Source: Octopus bimaculoides
Lineage: Eukaryota
Direction: 5' to 3'
DNA: 64,000 nucleotides
Assembly: GCF_001194135.2 (NCBI RefSeq)
Contig: NC_068990.1
Location: 78,922,799 to 78,986,798, forward strand
Both the position numbers and the translations under genes were made by a program. Below the pieces are notes generated by a model. It saw nothing but the letters and a program-made list of their open reading frames with translations. It was not told the origin of the DNA and did no database searches. Within the stretch, counting starts at the first letter, position 1. Every line of letters starts with the position of its first letter. Below, piece by piece: positions 1-11,849 of this stretch.

Positions 1-436
1 ATGCATTGTCAACAGTTTTCGTATTTTTCTGTCAACATTACATATTTCAGTAATTGACTAGTTAACGATGTTGAAACTGTAAGTCACGACTGGTATGGCT
101 AGAGCATTGATCGCTTCGATCCTGTTTCTCGCGTTCAGCTCTGTCTTCAGTATTGGTCTCACCCTGCGATAACATTCTCTTCTGATCCTTTCCCTCATCA
201 CTGAGTGCTTGATATTGTCCCCTTCAATTACCCCTAGGTATTTGTAGCTCTCCGCTGGTTCTAACTCTTTTATGACATTTTGCTGGTCAAGGTTCACATT
301 AGATGTATTTGTCATTTTTCCTTTGATAAAGGTAGCTTTTGCACATTTATCAAGGCCAAATTGCATCCTGATGTCATCACTGAATTTTGCATCCTGATGT
401 CATCACTGAATTTTGCATCCTGACGTCATCACTGAA

Positions 437-438
<2 letters not shown>
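1..438 (-). mobile_element. R4/Dong-like non-LTR retrotransposon, RT thumb fragment (5'-truncated; runs off the window edge)
   Basis: ORF 58..366: QFGLDKCAKATFIKGK...YKYLGV...KTELNARNRIEAINALAIPVVTYSFN; continues past a stop as SITEICNVDRKIRKLLTMH. Nearly identical to 20505-21010. Confidence 0.9.
361..438. repeat. 26-bp tandem repeat x3 (ttgcatcctgatgtcatcactgaatt) at the element's 5' junction
   Basis: Three adjacent copies, one T>C change. Confidence 0.95.
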
Positions 439-439
<1 letters not shown>

Positions 440-505
<66 letters not shown>

Positions 506-516
506 CATTATTATTA

Positions 517-578
<62 letters not shown>

Positions 579-600
579 TATTTATTTAGTTATTTATTTA
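440..600. repeat. (TTA)n/(AAT)n microsatellite between two Dong-like fragments
   Basis: Read directly; source of the poly-Ile ORF. Confidence 0.98.
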
Positions 601-604
601 TTTA

Positions 605-1045
605 TGGTTTCTTTTTCATTATAGCTTTATTTCAGCTGCCTTCGTACCGGGCATCCTCCGAAGGCCAAGAGTAGCAAGGGCACTTTTGTTTTGCTATGCA
701 TGCTAAGATTATCACCACATTTATTCCATTTTAGACGGAGAGTGCTTTCCGTACTATATGAGCTGCACCCATCAAGGCTATCTTTTGTAGTTCAGGGAGT
801 ATGGAATTACCAGGGAGTTCTTTAATATACTTCTCAGCTCCCTTCATTATCGTACCAGACGCACCATTTACTACTGGTATTATCGTAGTACTAAGCTTCC
901 ACATTTTTGTGATTTCAATTTGCAGATCTTTATAGTGACAAAGCTTTCCGTGTTCTTTTCTTGAGACATTTTGGTCTTGTGGAACAGACATATCTATTAA
1001 CAGAAAAGTTTCGCTGTTGTAGTCCTTGATCACAATGTATTGTAT
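605..1045 (-). mobile_element. R4/Dong-like 3' end: restriction-like endonuclease C-terminus plus 3' UTR
   Basis: LLIDMSVPQDQNVSRKEHGK...YKDLQIEITKMWKL...IPVVNGASG...LQKIALMGAAHIVRKALSV*; the UTR runs into (AAT)n. Confidence 0.88.
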
Positions 1046-2450
1046 AATGCGTAGCATGTGTATTAGTGTAGACACGTGAACATACTTTATTATGCACTTA
1101 AATTATTATTACATGAAGGCTGCGAAACGGCCGCAACCCTAAGAATGACGAGTGATTAAATGTATATGTATGTATGTATGTAAATGTATATGTATATGTG
1201 TGCATGTGTCATATATCCATACTTTTGTATATTATTTATTCTTTAGTCATACCCAGCACCTTATCTCAGTCACTGATATCGGTACATCAAAGAAATATAT
1301 TTTCAATTAGTTCATGTTAATTAAATATACAATAGTTGAAAGAAAATGTTTCAATTTTTTAGCGCATGCGCATATGATTGAAAGAGAGATTAACCATTTG
1401 TAGGATTTAAAGTAAACATGAAATATCATATTAAAAAAACATATCCAGAAAGAGAAACGAAACAACTCTTTTTAATCAGTTGTATACCTGACAAGGTTTC
1501 GAGAAATTTGCAGTTGACTTTTGTATTAAATAAAATATTTTTGTTAAACTTTAAAACATTTCATTTTCTGCCGTTCGATGCCAATATATTATCTTTTAAC
1601 TAGGAAGTGGAGAGTGGTGAATCAGAAGTAATGAAGCACAGTGCTAATATTGTGTGGGATGGAGTTACAACCTTTTACGAACTGATTTCTTCTTGTCGAC
1701 TTTGTTTTTTTCACTACTTTTAGATCTGTCATATACTCGGGGCGATTAAATTTAATATACTCGTTCTCCACAAATTTGTGATTTTGCTACAAGTCAGAAA
1801 TCCTTAATTATTTTGAGAGAAAAACAATTCCCCACAATCATAACTATAAAGTATATATCCACATACATACACAATCATAAACACAAAAGTGTATATTCAC
1901 CAATAAGCCAACATCATAAATACACACATATATATCTACGCGTAAGCCGCGCGAATATTTTTCGTGACGGTTTTCACTAAACTGCATATGAAAGGAACGA
2001 AATTTACAATTTCCTACTGTATCGACTGTGGACATCTCCAATTCTTCACACATAATCAATCTTGGTTCATTTCCCTGATTTTGTTGTCTTATTAGTGTTT
2101 ACTAAAGATCCTTGGGGAGACGTAGATGTCTGTAGTATTTCACATCTCTCTTCAACTTCATTATCCATCTAATAACGTTATTACTTTCTAGGCTTGTAAA
2201 CTTAAACAATATAGATGTTGTGTTCTTATCTCTGATGGCAATGCTATTATTACAAGAGAGGTTTCCTTGATTTCAGATCCTAAATTCTTTTTTTCTACTG
2301 GAAATATATTTTCACTTTGATCGATGTTGAAACTCTGAGTAGTCTTTCAATTGTTTAGAACCTTTTCGTTAAATCCGTGGAATGACCAGTTCTAAAAGTC
2401 GATGGTACAGCTGAGAAAAGGCGTTAAAGAACATGTAGGAAATATGTTAA

Positions 2451-2529
2451 TTGTATGATGTGAAATGGAGAAACTTCTCTTTTAATATCTTGTATGATGT
2501 GAAATGGAGAAACTTCTCTTTTAATATCT
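2451..2529. repeat. 39-bp tandem duplication
   Basis: ttgtatgatgtgaaatggagaaacttctcttttaatatc x2. Confidence 0.95.
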
Positions 2530-2837
2530 TAACAGAATCAATACACAGGGTATTTTCCCCTATACTTTTAGCTCATGAAATTTCATCCCAAGAGTTATGG
2601 AGAGTTGAACAATAAAATAGATTTACTTGTTGATATACGCTCCATACATCTTCAGGTGTTTGACCAAGTACAAATGTAAGAGAATTGTGCATTTTACTGA
2701 GAAAGGGTCTCTGTTTCTGTAAACACCATGTTTTTGTGCGATGATCTATTAATGAATTCAAAGGGCAAAACCAAAAAGCTGCAATTATAAGCTGTGGCTC
2801 CACGGATTCTTGATCAAAGTAAATTGCCAGATTCAAT

Positions 2838-2930
2838 TGGTTTGGTTTTGCTTCATTGGGTTTTGGTTTTGCTTCATTGGGTTTTGGTTTTGCTTCATTG
2901 GGTTTTGGTTTTGCTTCATTGGGTTTTGGT
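2838..2930. repeat. 21-bp minisatellite, about 4.5 copies (ggttttggttttgcttcattg)
   Basis: Read directly; minus strand reads PNEAKPK repeats. Confidence 0.95.
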
Positions 2931-3429
2931 TATTGCTCAGTGGCAATCACTGGGATTCTGGGACAGAGTAGCAATCACAAGGGATTCTGGGATTGAGCTA
3001 ATTCCTAACCTAAGAGGATGCATACACCTAGTACACTCAACACACTTTCCTGATAGTTTAACTACATTCAGACAAGTTCTTGAAACATTTTGCAGCTTTT
3101 TCGTTCAAGCTGTTCTGTACGTTCTCAAACATTCTTCTTTTCCCATATATGGTCAGGTGTTACATTATCTTTGCTAGCAAAATCGACTTTATAAAAACAT
3201 GCATTATATTTTTCAAACAATTCGAAAGTTACTTTTAATCTCTGTGACAACTATTTGGTGAGTTTGTAAACATAAGGTTAGCACAAATTTGAAAAGACCA
3301 TACATGTTCTTTTCTTCAACTTGGATTATATAATAATCCACTTATATCACATAACTCGATATCTTCAAGTAGAACAATAGTTCGTAATAAGATTTGGGCC
3401 AAAGGATTTTCGAATTTAAACTCTTAATA

Positions 3430-4452
3430 GAACATTTTCCAGTTCGGTGCCTGTCATCACCTATTGTTCTTGTGTCACTTGGCACCAATGGAGAATAAAG
3501 TCACTTTTCAGCCCACAACGAAGGCTTTTCATTGGAATTTAGACATCATCTACGTATGTATGTATGTATGTATGTATGTATGTATGTATGTATGTACGTG
3601 TGTGTATGTATGTATGTATGTATGTATGTATGTATGTATGTATGTATGTATCTGTTTTATGTACACACATATTTGCATGTCTATACATGTGTATATATAT
3701 ATATCTACTATAGGCAAAACTTCTAGAATGGTTTACATATATAAACGTTTCTTTTAATGGTTAGCAATTACAATTTCATAATTAACCATTCACTTTTTGA
3801 CTTTCTGATGCCTTGCTTCTCAACATGGCTACCGAGGGAGTTAGTTATAATCAAGTATTTCAGAATATTATAACTCTAAATCCATAAACAAGGTGACACT
3901 ATCTTTAGATTCCTTATCAGCTCAGGATAGTAATTTTCTTATTCTTTAACATTAAATGAATATCAGAGAGTCAATTGGTGTTTACTTGTGAGCTCATTTT
4001 CCTTTTTTCTCAACATTGTTATATCAGGTCTATTGGGCTTACATTTTAGAAAGGTTTTGGAAGGAATATTCCATTAGTATTTTTATTTTCATTTTAAGAA
4101 CGTGTCGTCTTCGTCACTCTAACTTATATTTTCAGCTTCTGAACTCTCATTGCAAAGAATCGCAGTGTGTTTCAACAACGACGTCATAGGTAGATAAGTG
4201 TTTTGGTAATAGTGTAGCTGTTGTTGACCCAAAATACTCTCTATTTTGGTTAGCTATGTTAGTGGTGCTTTGAAGTATTCTAACAGTAATTCCTGATATA
4301 TTCTCTTATGATAAAACTGTGAAACTTCTCTGGTTCTGTATCTTTGGTTATTATTGATGGTGTTTCTATCTTCCCCTAGAAATAATCATAATCTTAAGAT
4401 TTCCTCAACAAAAGGACAAAATGGTTTAGAAAAAAGTATAACCAGCATCAGA

Positions 4453-4511
<59 letters not shown>

Positions 4512-4700
4512 TTCAGGACTGCGGTGCAAAACAAAGCCAGCTTGACTATGGCCTTCCCTTCTAGTCTCTGTGATTTTAACGGAGTGAAGGGTTTCTTGCA
4601 TTCATGTCTGATTATAAGAATCGAATTCTTCTTGTGATCCAACCGGCCTGCGACTATAATTCCTTTTAATATCATAGTTCTGATAATTTGAAGTCGCTCG
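3430..4700 (-). mobile_element. Highly degenerate R4-like element, lineage 2 (3' portion), with (CATA)n in the 3' UTR and a (GA)n interruption
   Basis: Minus-strand CKPNRPDITMLRKKEN (RLE motif). C-terminus VEKQGIRKSKSEWLIMKL*LLTIKRNVYICKPF*KFCL* aligns to the 61973-62140 copy. Post-array UTR gatgtctaaattccaatgaa matches gatgttgaaattctattgaa. Confidence 0.7.
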
Positions 4701-5133
4701 GAAAATTTCTAAACTTCTTTTGTTGTTCTGATATTGCGCCCGTGAAGGAAGAACTTTCACGCTGGCTGTATAAATTTTTTACATTCAATTCCACATTGCA
4801 ATTGCACAGAAGTTCTTCATTCTCAGAATGGTGGTTTTTATTTTATTCGACTTACTTTTGCCGTATATTTCTACCCCTTTGATAGAATACTGATCAATAT
4901 CTCAATGTGTCATATGTGTGTATACATTTATGTATATAAGCCTAAGCGTATGTATAGAGGTGCGCATGTAATGCATGAATGCATGTGCGTACGTACAGAA
5001 GTACAAACGCAGTCCACGCGGAACCTTTTTAGTTGAGTAGCTTGAATTCCTCAAAGAAACTAAATAAATCTCAAAGAGAATAACTGCCACGCGACTCTGA
5101 AACAAAGGCACACATACACCTATACAGTAATTA

Positions 5134-5136
<3 letters not shown>

Positions 5137-5182
<46 letters not shown>

Positions 5183-6262
5183 NNNNNNNNNNNNNNNNNN
5201 NNNNNNNNNNNNNNNNNNNNNNNNNNNNNNNNNNNNNNNNNNNNNNNNNNNNNNNNNNNNNNNNNNNNNNNNNNNNNNNNNNNNNNNNNNNNNNNNNNNN
5301 NNNNNNNNNNNNNNNNNNNNNNNNNNNNNNNNNNNNNNNNNNNNNNNNNNNNNNNNNNNNNNNNNNNNNNNNNNNNNNNNNNNNNNNNNNNNNNNNNNNN
5401 NNNNNNNNNNNNNNNNNNNNNNNNNNNNNNNNNNNNNNNNNNNNNNNNNNNNNNNNNNNNNNNNNNNNNNNNNNNNNNNNNNNNNNNNNNNNNNNNNNNN
5501 NNNNNNNNNNNNNNNNNNNNNNNNNNNNNNNNNNNNNNNNNNNNNNNNNNNNNNNNNNNNNNNNNNNNNNNNNNNNNNNNNNNNNNNNNNNNNNNNNNNN
5601 NNNNNNNNNNNNNNNNNNNNNNNNNNNNNNNNNNNNNNNNNNNNNNNNNNNNNNNNNNNNNNNNNNNNNNNNNNNNNNNNNNNNNNNNNNNNNNNNNNNN
5701 NNNNNNNNNNNNNNNNNNNNNNNNNNNNNNNNNNNNNNNNNNNNNNNNNNNNNNNNNNNNNNNNNNNNNNNNNNNNNNNNNNNNNNNNNNNNNNNNNNNN
5801 NNNNNNNNNNNNNNNNNNNNNNNNNNNNNNNNNNNNNNNNNNNNNNNNNNNNNNNNNNNNNNNNNNNNNNNNNNNNNNNNNNNNNNNNNGTCCATCCATC
5901 CGTCCATCCTTCCATCATCCATCCATCCGTCCGTCCGTCCATCCATTCATCCATCCATCCATTCATCCATCCATCCATCCATTCATCCATCCATCCATCC
6001 GTCTGTCCATCCATCCGTCCATCTATCCATCCATCCACCCATCCATCCATCCATCCGTCCGTCCATCCATCCGTCCATCCATCCGTCCATCCATCCATCC
6101 ATCCATCCATCCGTCCGTCCATCCATCCATCCATTCATCCATCCATCCATTCATCCATCCATCCATCCATTCATCCATCCATCCATCCATCCATCCATCC
6201 ATCCATCCATCCATTCATCCATCCATCCATCCATCCATCCGTCTGTCCATCCATCCATCCAT

Positions 6263-6298
<36 letters not shown>

Positions 6299-6320
6299 CC
6301 ATCCGTCCATCCATCCATCC
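5137..6320. repeat. (CA)n, assembly gap, then long (TCCA)n microsatellite
   Basis: Read directly. Confidence 0.97.
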
Positions 6321-6850
6321 ATATTCAATATCTCTCTTTCCATACAAACCATTTCCTCACTCTTGTAACAGTTGCACTTTTGTCAATTGAAGTGAAATGT
6401 CAATTTACAGACTGATGTTTTCTGTTTACCGACTGATGTCCAGTGTTTAACAGCAGATGAAGCTTGTTTACTTATCATTGTTTCAATGTTTACCAACTCA
6501 TGCAACAGTTTAGTGTTTGATCTCAACCTTACAACATGAAACATTTCTATTGATTGCTTACATTTCAAGTATTCCGCATTGATATATTCTCGTCGACCCC
6601 ATTGCCATATCCGTTACATCTCAAATCGACGTAGTTTCATTATCAGCAAATTGCAGATAATGAAGTAGTTAATCTATAAATCATTGGGCCTTTATTAAAA
6701 TAATCTCAAGAGTCGTGAAAGAAAACTGTGCGGTGAGTTAATGTTGTTGCTGTCGTAGTTGTTTAACCGTGGGTCATTGAAAGACGATACCAGTGATCAG
6801 AGGTGAGCATCCGACTTCGTTTATTGGTAATACGAGTAATTCTAGTGATA

Positions 6851-7105
6851 GGTCTGATCAAAAAGTATCGGGACTGATGCTATCAAAAGAAAACTACAAC
6901 ACATATCAACTCGGCATTTAATCCCTTCCGAGACCACACCCTTTATCCAGCGTCGTTTCCATTCATAGAAGCATCCCCGGAACTTCTTGGGGGGCGGGCG
7001 GGGGCGGGATAGCAAGCAGTTGCCTCATCGCATTGTCTTGGATTTCCTCGACGTCGTGGAATCTTTATCTTTTCAAGGGGGATTTGATTTTTGGAAAGAG
7101 TCTTG
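6851..7105 (-). mobile_element. Mariner transposon 3' end with TIR
   Basis: Minus strand FPKIKSPLK..RFHDVEEIQDNAMRQLLAIP..FRGCFYEWKRRWIKGVVSEG; TA followed by ggtctgatcaaaaagtatcgggactg (TIR-like). Confidence 0.8.
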
Positions 7106-7139
7106 GCCGTAATAACCTACCCTCCATGTCTCTTCCCAC

Positions 7140-7163
7140 GCAGACACACACACATACTTACAA

Positions 7164-7253
<90 letters not shown>

Positions 7254-7479
7254 GCACACATATGCACAAACACAAACACACACGACCGTACAGATACGTA
7301 TATTTATATATACATATATACATAAACTCTAATCAAATGCATTCAGCGCTACTTTCTTTCATTTGTTTACTCACATCTATCTATCTATCTATCTATTTAT
7401 CTATCCTATCTATCTATCTATCTATCTATCCATCCATCTATCCATCCATCCATCCATCCATCCATCCATCCATCCATCC

Positions 7480-7529
<50 letters not shown>

Positions 7530-7625
7530 GCATATATTATGTATACACACACACACATATATATATGTAAATATCTACATGTATGTATGTAATGTGTGTG
7601 TGAGTATGTGTGCGCGCGTGTGTGT
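7140..7625. repeat. Compound (CA)n/(TATC)n/(TCCA)n microsatellite
   Basis: Read directly. Confidence 0.95.
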
Positions 7626-9550
7626 AGGGGAGTAAAAATCATGGATGCCATTTAGCAAAACAAACTGATTAAAGAAACATTTACCAGTCGTCCTGAAACC
7701 TAAAGATTACAATGTCAGATAACGCAAAGTTAAATAAAATAAAGAATAATTCTGTTTAGTTTTCCACCTATTTTTATTTCTCCATTACGACTCGATATGT
7801 TTATTCCCATATGTGAAGTTTTATTAATGTTAATATCTGGTTGTAATTCATACTCTTCTTCCCGGTTTTCATTTATGGTAAAGGCAGTGATTATCGATTA
7901 ACGTGGAAGCTATTTCGATCGATACCACCTGCAAAGTTTTTTCTAGCGTCTAATCAAGGAATCTAAAAGTTGCTTTTGCTTCTAGTATTCTAGGCTATTG
8001 TATATTGGTAGACGTTCTTTTGGTTCGAGGAAAAAGATATTCAATCAGGACATAATCCTTGCAATAAGGAAGCAATATATCTATAGAAATCCCAAGATAT
8101 TTCCAGCATTAATCATCAAAAACATGTAAATTAAGAGAATTGACTCATTAGTTTTACTGTCGAGTTGAATTCTATCCCCAAATCCTGTCAACATGAAGTA
8201 TGTTGATATGTTTTGTATGCGCTACATGATCGGTAACTTATCAATATTCTCCTGGTGTCATTTCGTTGCTGTTCTTGCTAGCAGTTTAAATTTATATTCT
8301 CAATTTATGTTGTGGTTATTGTCATTGCTTCGTGACAAGTTGTTTGGCAATGTTACTACTCTTCCTCACGGAATGAAACCTTTCTCGAATAGACAACAGT
8401 GATGGGAAGTAAAAACATTTTCCACCAAAATAATCAAATAATACAAACTACTGAATAAAACTGAAAAATTGATAGAGAAAATTCTGAATGTAATATGCAG
8501 AATTTTATTACACTATCAAATTATATATATAAAAAAAACACATAAAACTCTACCTAATTAGACCATCTTCAGATATACGCTCCAGGTAAATTGATTTAAC
8601 TGGAACTGAAACCAGTCGATCTTTACCAATTTGCTGTCATTCATTAAAAATACTACTATTTACAAAAATATCCAGTGTTTTAATTTCACAGTTACTCCTG
8701 TATTTTTTTTTAAAATTTGCTCATATAAGAGTTGTCTAAACGAATCTTCAATAAAAGGAAGTTGTTTGCTCTATCAACTGATGGCTTTATCAGTTTCTCA
8801 TAAATCTTTGGTCGGTGATTACGAAATATTTGATTCACGTTTCAGAGATACAGACTTCGGTTCATTTTAAATTTCTTCAAACTTTGTCGCAAAGATATCA
8901 TACAATAAAAACATTGATTACAATACAGGATTATGTTCATTATTTTATTAAGAATCATTGCCATATTTACCACGTGAGTTTTTAGAAACTTTGCTAATAA
9001 TTCAGTTCTGCAGTTATTTTGATTGTCCTTAATAAGAAATATGACAAAATTAAGTAACTTTTTATTCTCCAAAATATGGCAACCCTCAATGACAATTTTA
9101 TAAAGTGGGCTTTTTTGCCTAGACTAAAATCTGGATTTAGAAAACAATGTTTGATGGAAATGAGACAACCCTATATTTGAACCACAATTAGTGTGAAACT
9201 CCAATCTATAATATAATGAACTTATTGTATACAATACAATGTTCAGGTGCACTACAACTCATCGGAAAAAGTATATGTATATATGTGTGTACGTATATAT
9301 ATAGACGTATAATTTACATATATATATATANNNNNNNNNNATATACATATACTTTTTCCGATGAGTTGTAGTGCACCTGAACATTGTATTGTATACAATA
9401 AGTTCATTATATTATAGATTGGAGTTTCACACTAATTGTGGTTCAAATATAGGGTTGTCTCATTTCCATATATATATATATATATATAAATATATATATA
9501 TAAATATATATATGTGTGTGTGTGTGTATATATATGTATTTATAAGTGTG

Positions 9551-9592
<42 letters not shown>

Positions 9593-9656
9593 TATGTATA
9601 TATGCATGCATGTATGTATGGAAAGCGAATATGTAACAAGGATGTCAAAATATTAG

Positions 9657-9743
9657 TGCATTACCACCGTTTCAGGCGGCTCCATTTAATCGAACAATGC
9701 AAGCATTTCATCAATTTGAGACTCACCGCTTTCTTCGGATGCA
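9657..9743 (-). ncRNA. Degenerate type I hammerhead-ribozyme-like motif
   Basis: UGCAU-CCGAAGA-AAGCGG..CCGCCU-GAAAC-GGUG-GUA-AUGCA. Stem I 5/5, stem II 5/6, core U4C. Confidence 0.45.
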
Positions 9744-10892
9744 TAAGACCATATAGGTTTTCAACATCCAGGATATTCCATTAAAATTTCTTAGCAAATA
9801 TATAATCAGAACTAGAGAATAAAAGAATTATATGCTTGTTGCTATTATTGAAGCAGAATGAACTTAGAGAGAGAAAATACCCCAACTATGATTTGGAGAG
9901 GCAGAAGAGAATAACAATGGGGGTCATGAGATGATAATATAGCTACATTTATCTATCTCCTTATCACCATCAAAAGATCTAATGCAGCTAGTATACTACG
10001 TGTTCCAGCTACTGCTGATAATTTAATTCATGTCAGATACTCTCCCAAACCCCTAATTTACTAGTGCTATAAATTCTCTATAATTACATAAAGAAACAAA
10101 TCTCAGAAGACGTCAGTGGTATATGCCCAGAAAGAGGGAAGGTAGGGGTGACATAAACTCTTTTTTTATTATTATCAGTTAAAGGGGCCTACAATAGAAA
10201 ATAAAGGATGCTAGAATGAGATCTAAATGAATATTAAAGAAATAGGGGGGAAAATATAACCAAAATTTATCAAAATTTATATATTATTATATTTTGTATA
10301 AAAAAATTAAAATTTTAAAATTTAGAAAGGGATGTAAGGACGAAGTAAGATAAGAAGCATGTATAAATAAATTTAAGCCCTAAAAAAGTAGAGAACTTTT
10401 ATATAAAATAGAAGCTTCCTAATACTTCATCCTAGCAAATTTTTTAGGGGTCATGATAAAGCCATTGAAATAGTGAACCCATAATTACATTCAGATATCA
10501 TCCGAGAAACAGGTACACAATTTCTATTGACTGAAAACCAGGTAAAAAAAATGAGATAATTGGTTCTATAACAGATAAACATTAAAAATAATTATAGTTA
10601 TATAAAAAAAATTTCCAAGGTTGTGAAAAATCTTAAAGGCTAGGAATTATATGATTCTACATTCCTCAGCGTCTGTAATATAATTTCATAAAACCGCATT
10701 CAATGGTATCCTTATCTTACTTTATTTATTTCTTAATTTTCCTTTTATTTTTTCTTCTCATTTTTAGTTTTTATTTTTCTCTTTATTTTGTTATTCTTTA
10801 TTTCTCCTTATATTCAGCTATGAACAATTTTTTAATCTCTATTNNNNNNNNNNNNNNNNNNNNNNNNNNNNNNNNNNNNNNNNNNNNNNNNN

Positions 10893-10944
<52 letters not shown>

Positions 10945-11128
10945 CATGTATGTATTATTATGTATGTATGGGTGTCTTGCGAAGTAGTGGTGCAGAATAA
11001 ACAAACATTTCCTCAATTTAGTTCAAGTATGTGATTTTCACTGCCATTTGCTAGGAAGGAAGATTAAATTCTTACTTTAAAAGAAAGGAGTAAACGCACC
11101 AAAGTCAGTTCAGACTTCCGCTTATAGA

Positions 11129-11172
11129 CTGGTAGACGTATTTCGAACTTTTTATACTCTCCTCAGAACCAG
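11129..11172 (-). ncRNA. Minimal hammerhead-like motif (Penelope-type relic)
   Basis: CUGGUU-CUGAGGA-GAG(UAUAAAAAG)UUC-GAAAUAC-GUC-UACCAG. Confidence 0.45.
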
Positions 11173-11532
11173 ATACCAAGCGGGGCAACTCTAGACGCAT
11201 TGGAAGAATTAGCTAAGAAAGCAGTCAACCAGTATACTGAGTGTGTGTCTTGTCCGATGCACTGCCGTAAAGTAAATCTTTTGTTTTTTACTTGTTAAAT
11301 ATATCCCGAACCTGTCGAAAATTGGTCGTTCTCCCATTTCATAGTTGACCCCGACAAACATCAGCTACATCCCTGCTGTATTCTTGAGATATTCTTTTGT
11401 TTGTAAAATTACTTCTCATATGATGATTACGGATTTTTGTAATTGAGTAACGTTCTCATTTTTCTATTAAAAAGATACGTAAGAAACAGCTGTAATGGGC
11501 TGACAATTATTCATCTTATGTTACTATTCATT

Positions 11533-11573
<41 letters not shown>

Positions 11574-11849
11574 GTGTAACATACGGCAGGTAAGAAAACG
11601 GAGAGGATATGAAACCGACAGACATCAGCCAGTAAGCATTCAAGTATGTCTATTCAATTGTATTGGATGACTACATACACATATATGAATGATACGGAGT
11701 AACGAGGAGAAAAAGCTGGCAACTGCATAACTAGCACTTGACTATGACTAATTAGGTACACTACCAGCAGTATATTGGGTAGGTACTATCCCTTAGTCGG
11801 TTTCTCAACCTCTACCTCACACAGAAATACATATATAACACATATATAC

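Noticed and set aside
1603-1750. Candidate exon after ttttaactag (EVESGESEVMKHSANIVW..)
   Set aside because: No strong donor, no recognisable protein, no partner exons
2838-2930. Short direct-repeat arrays (21 bp and 26 bp) as CRISPR
   Set aside because: No spacers, eukaryotic context, no cas genes
9156-9467. Perfect inverted repeat of about 125 bp
   Set aside because: Arms are 100% identical and centred on a 10-N gap, so most likely a contig-end/scaffolding artefact; long reads would be needed to rescue it
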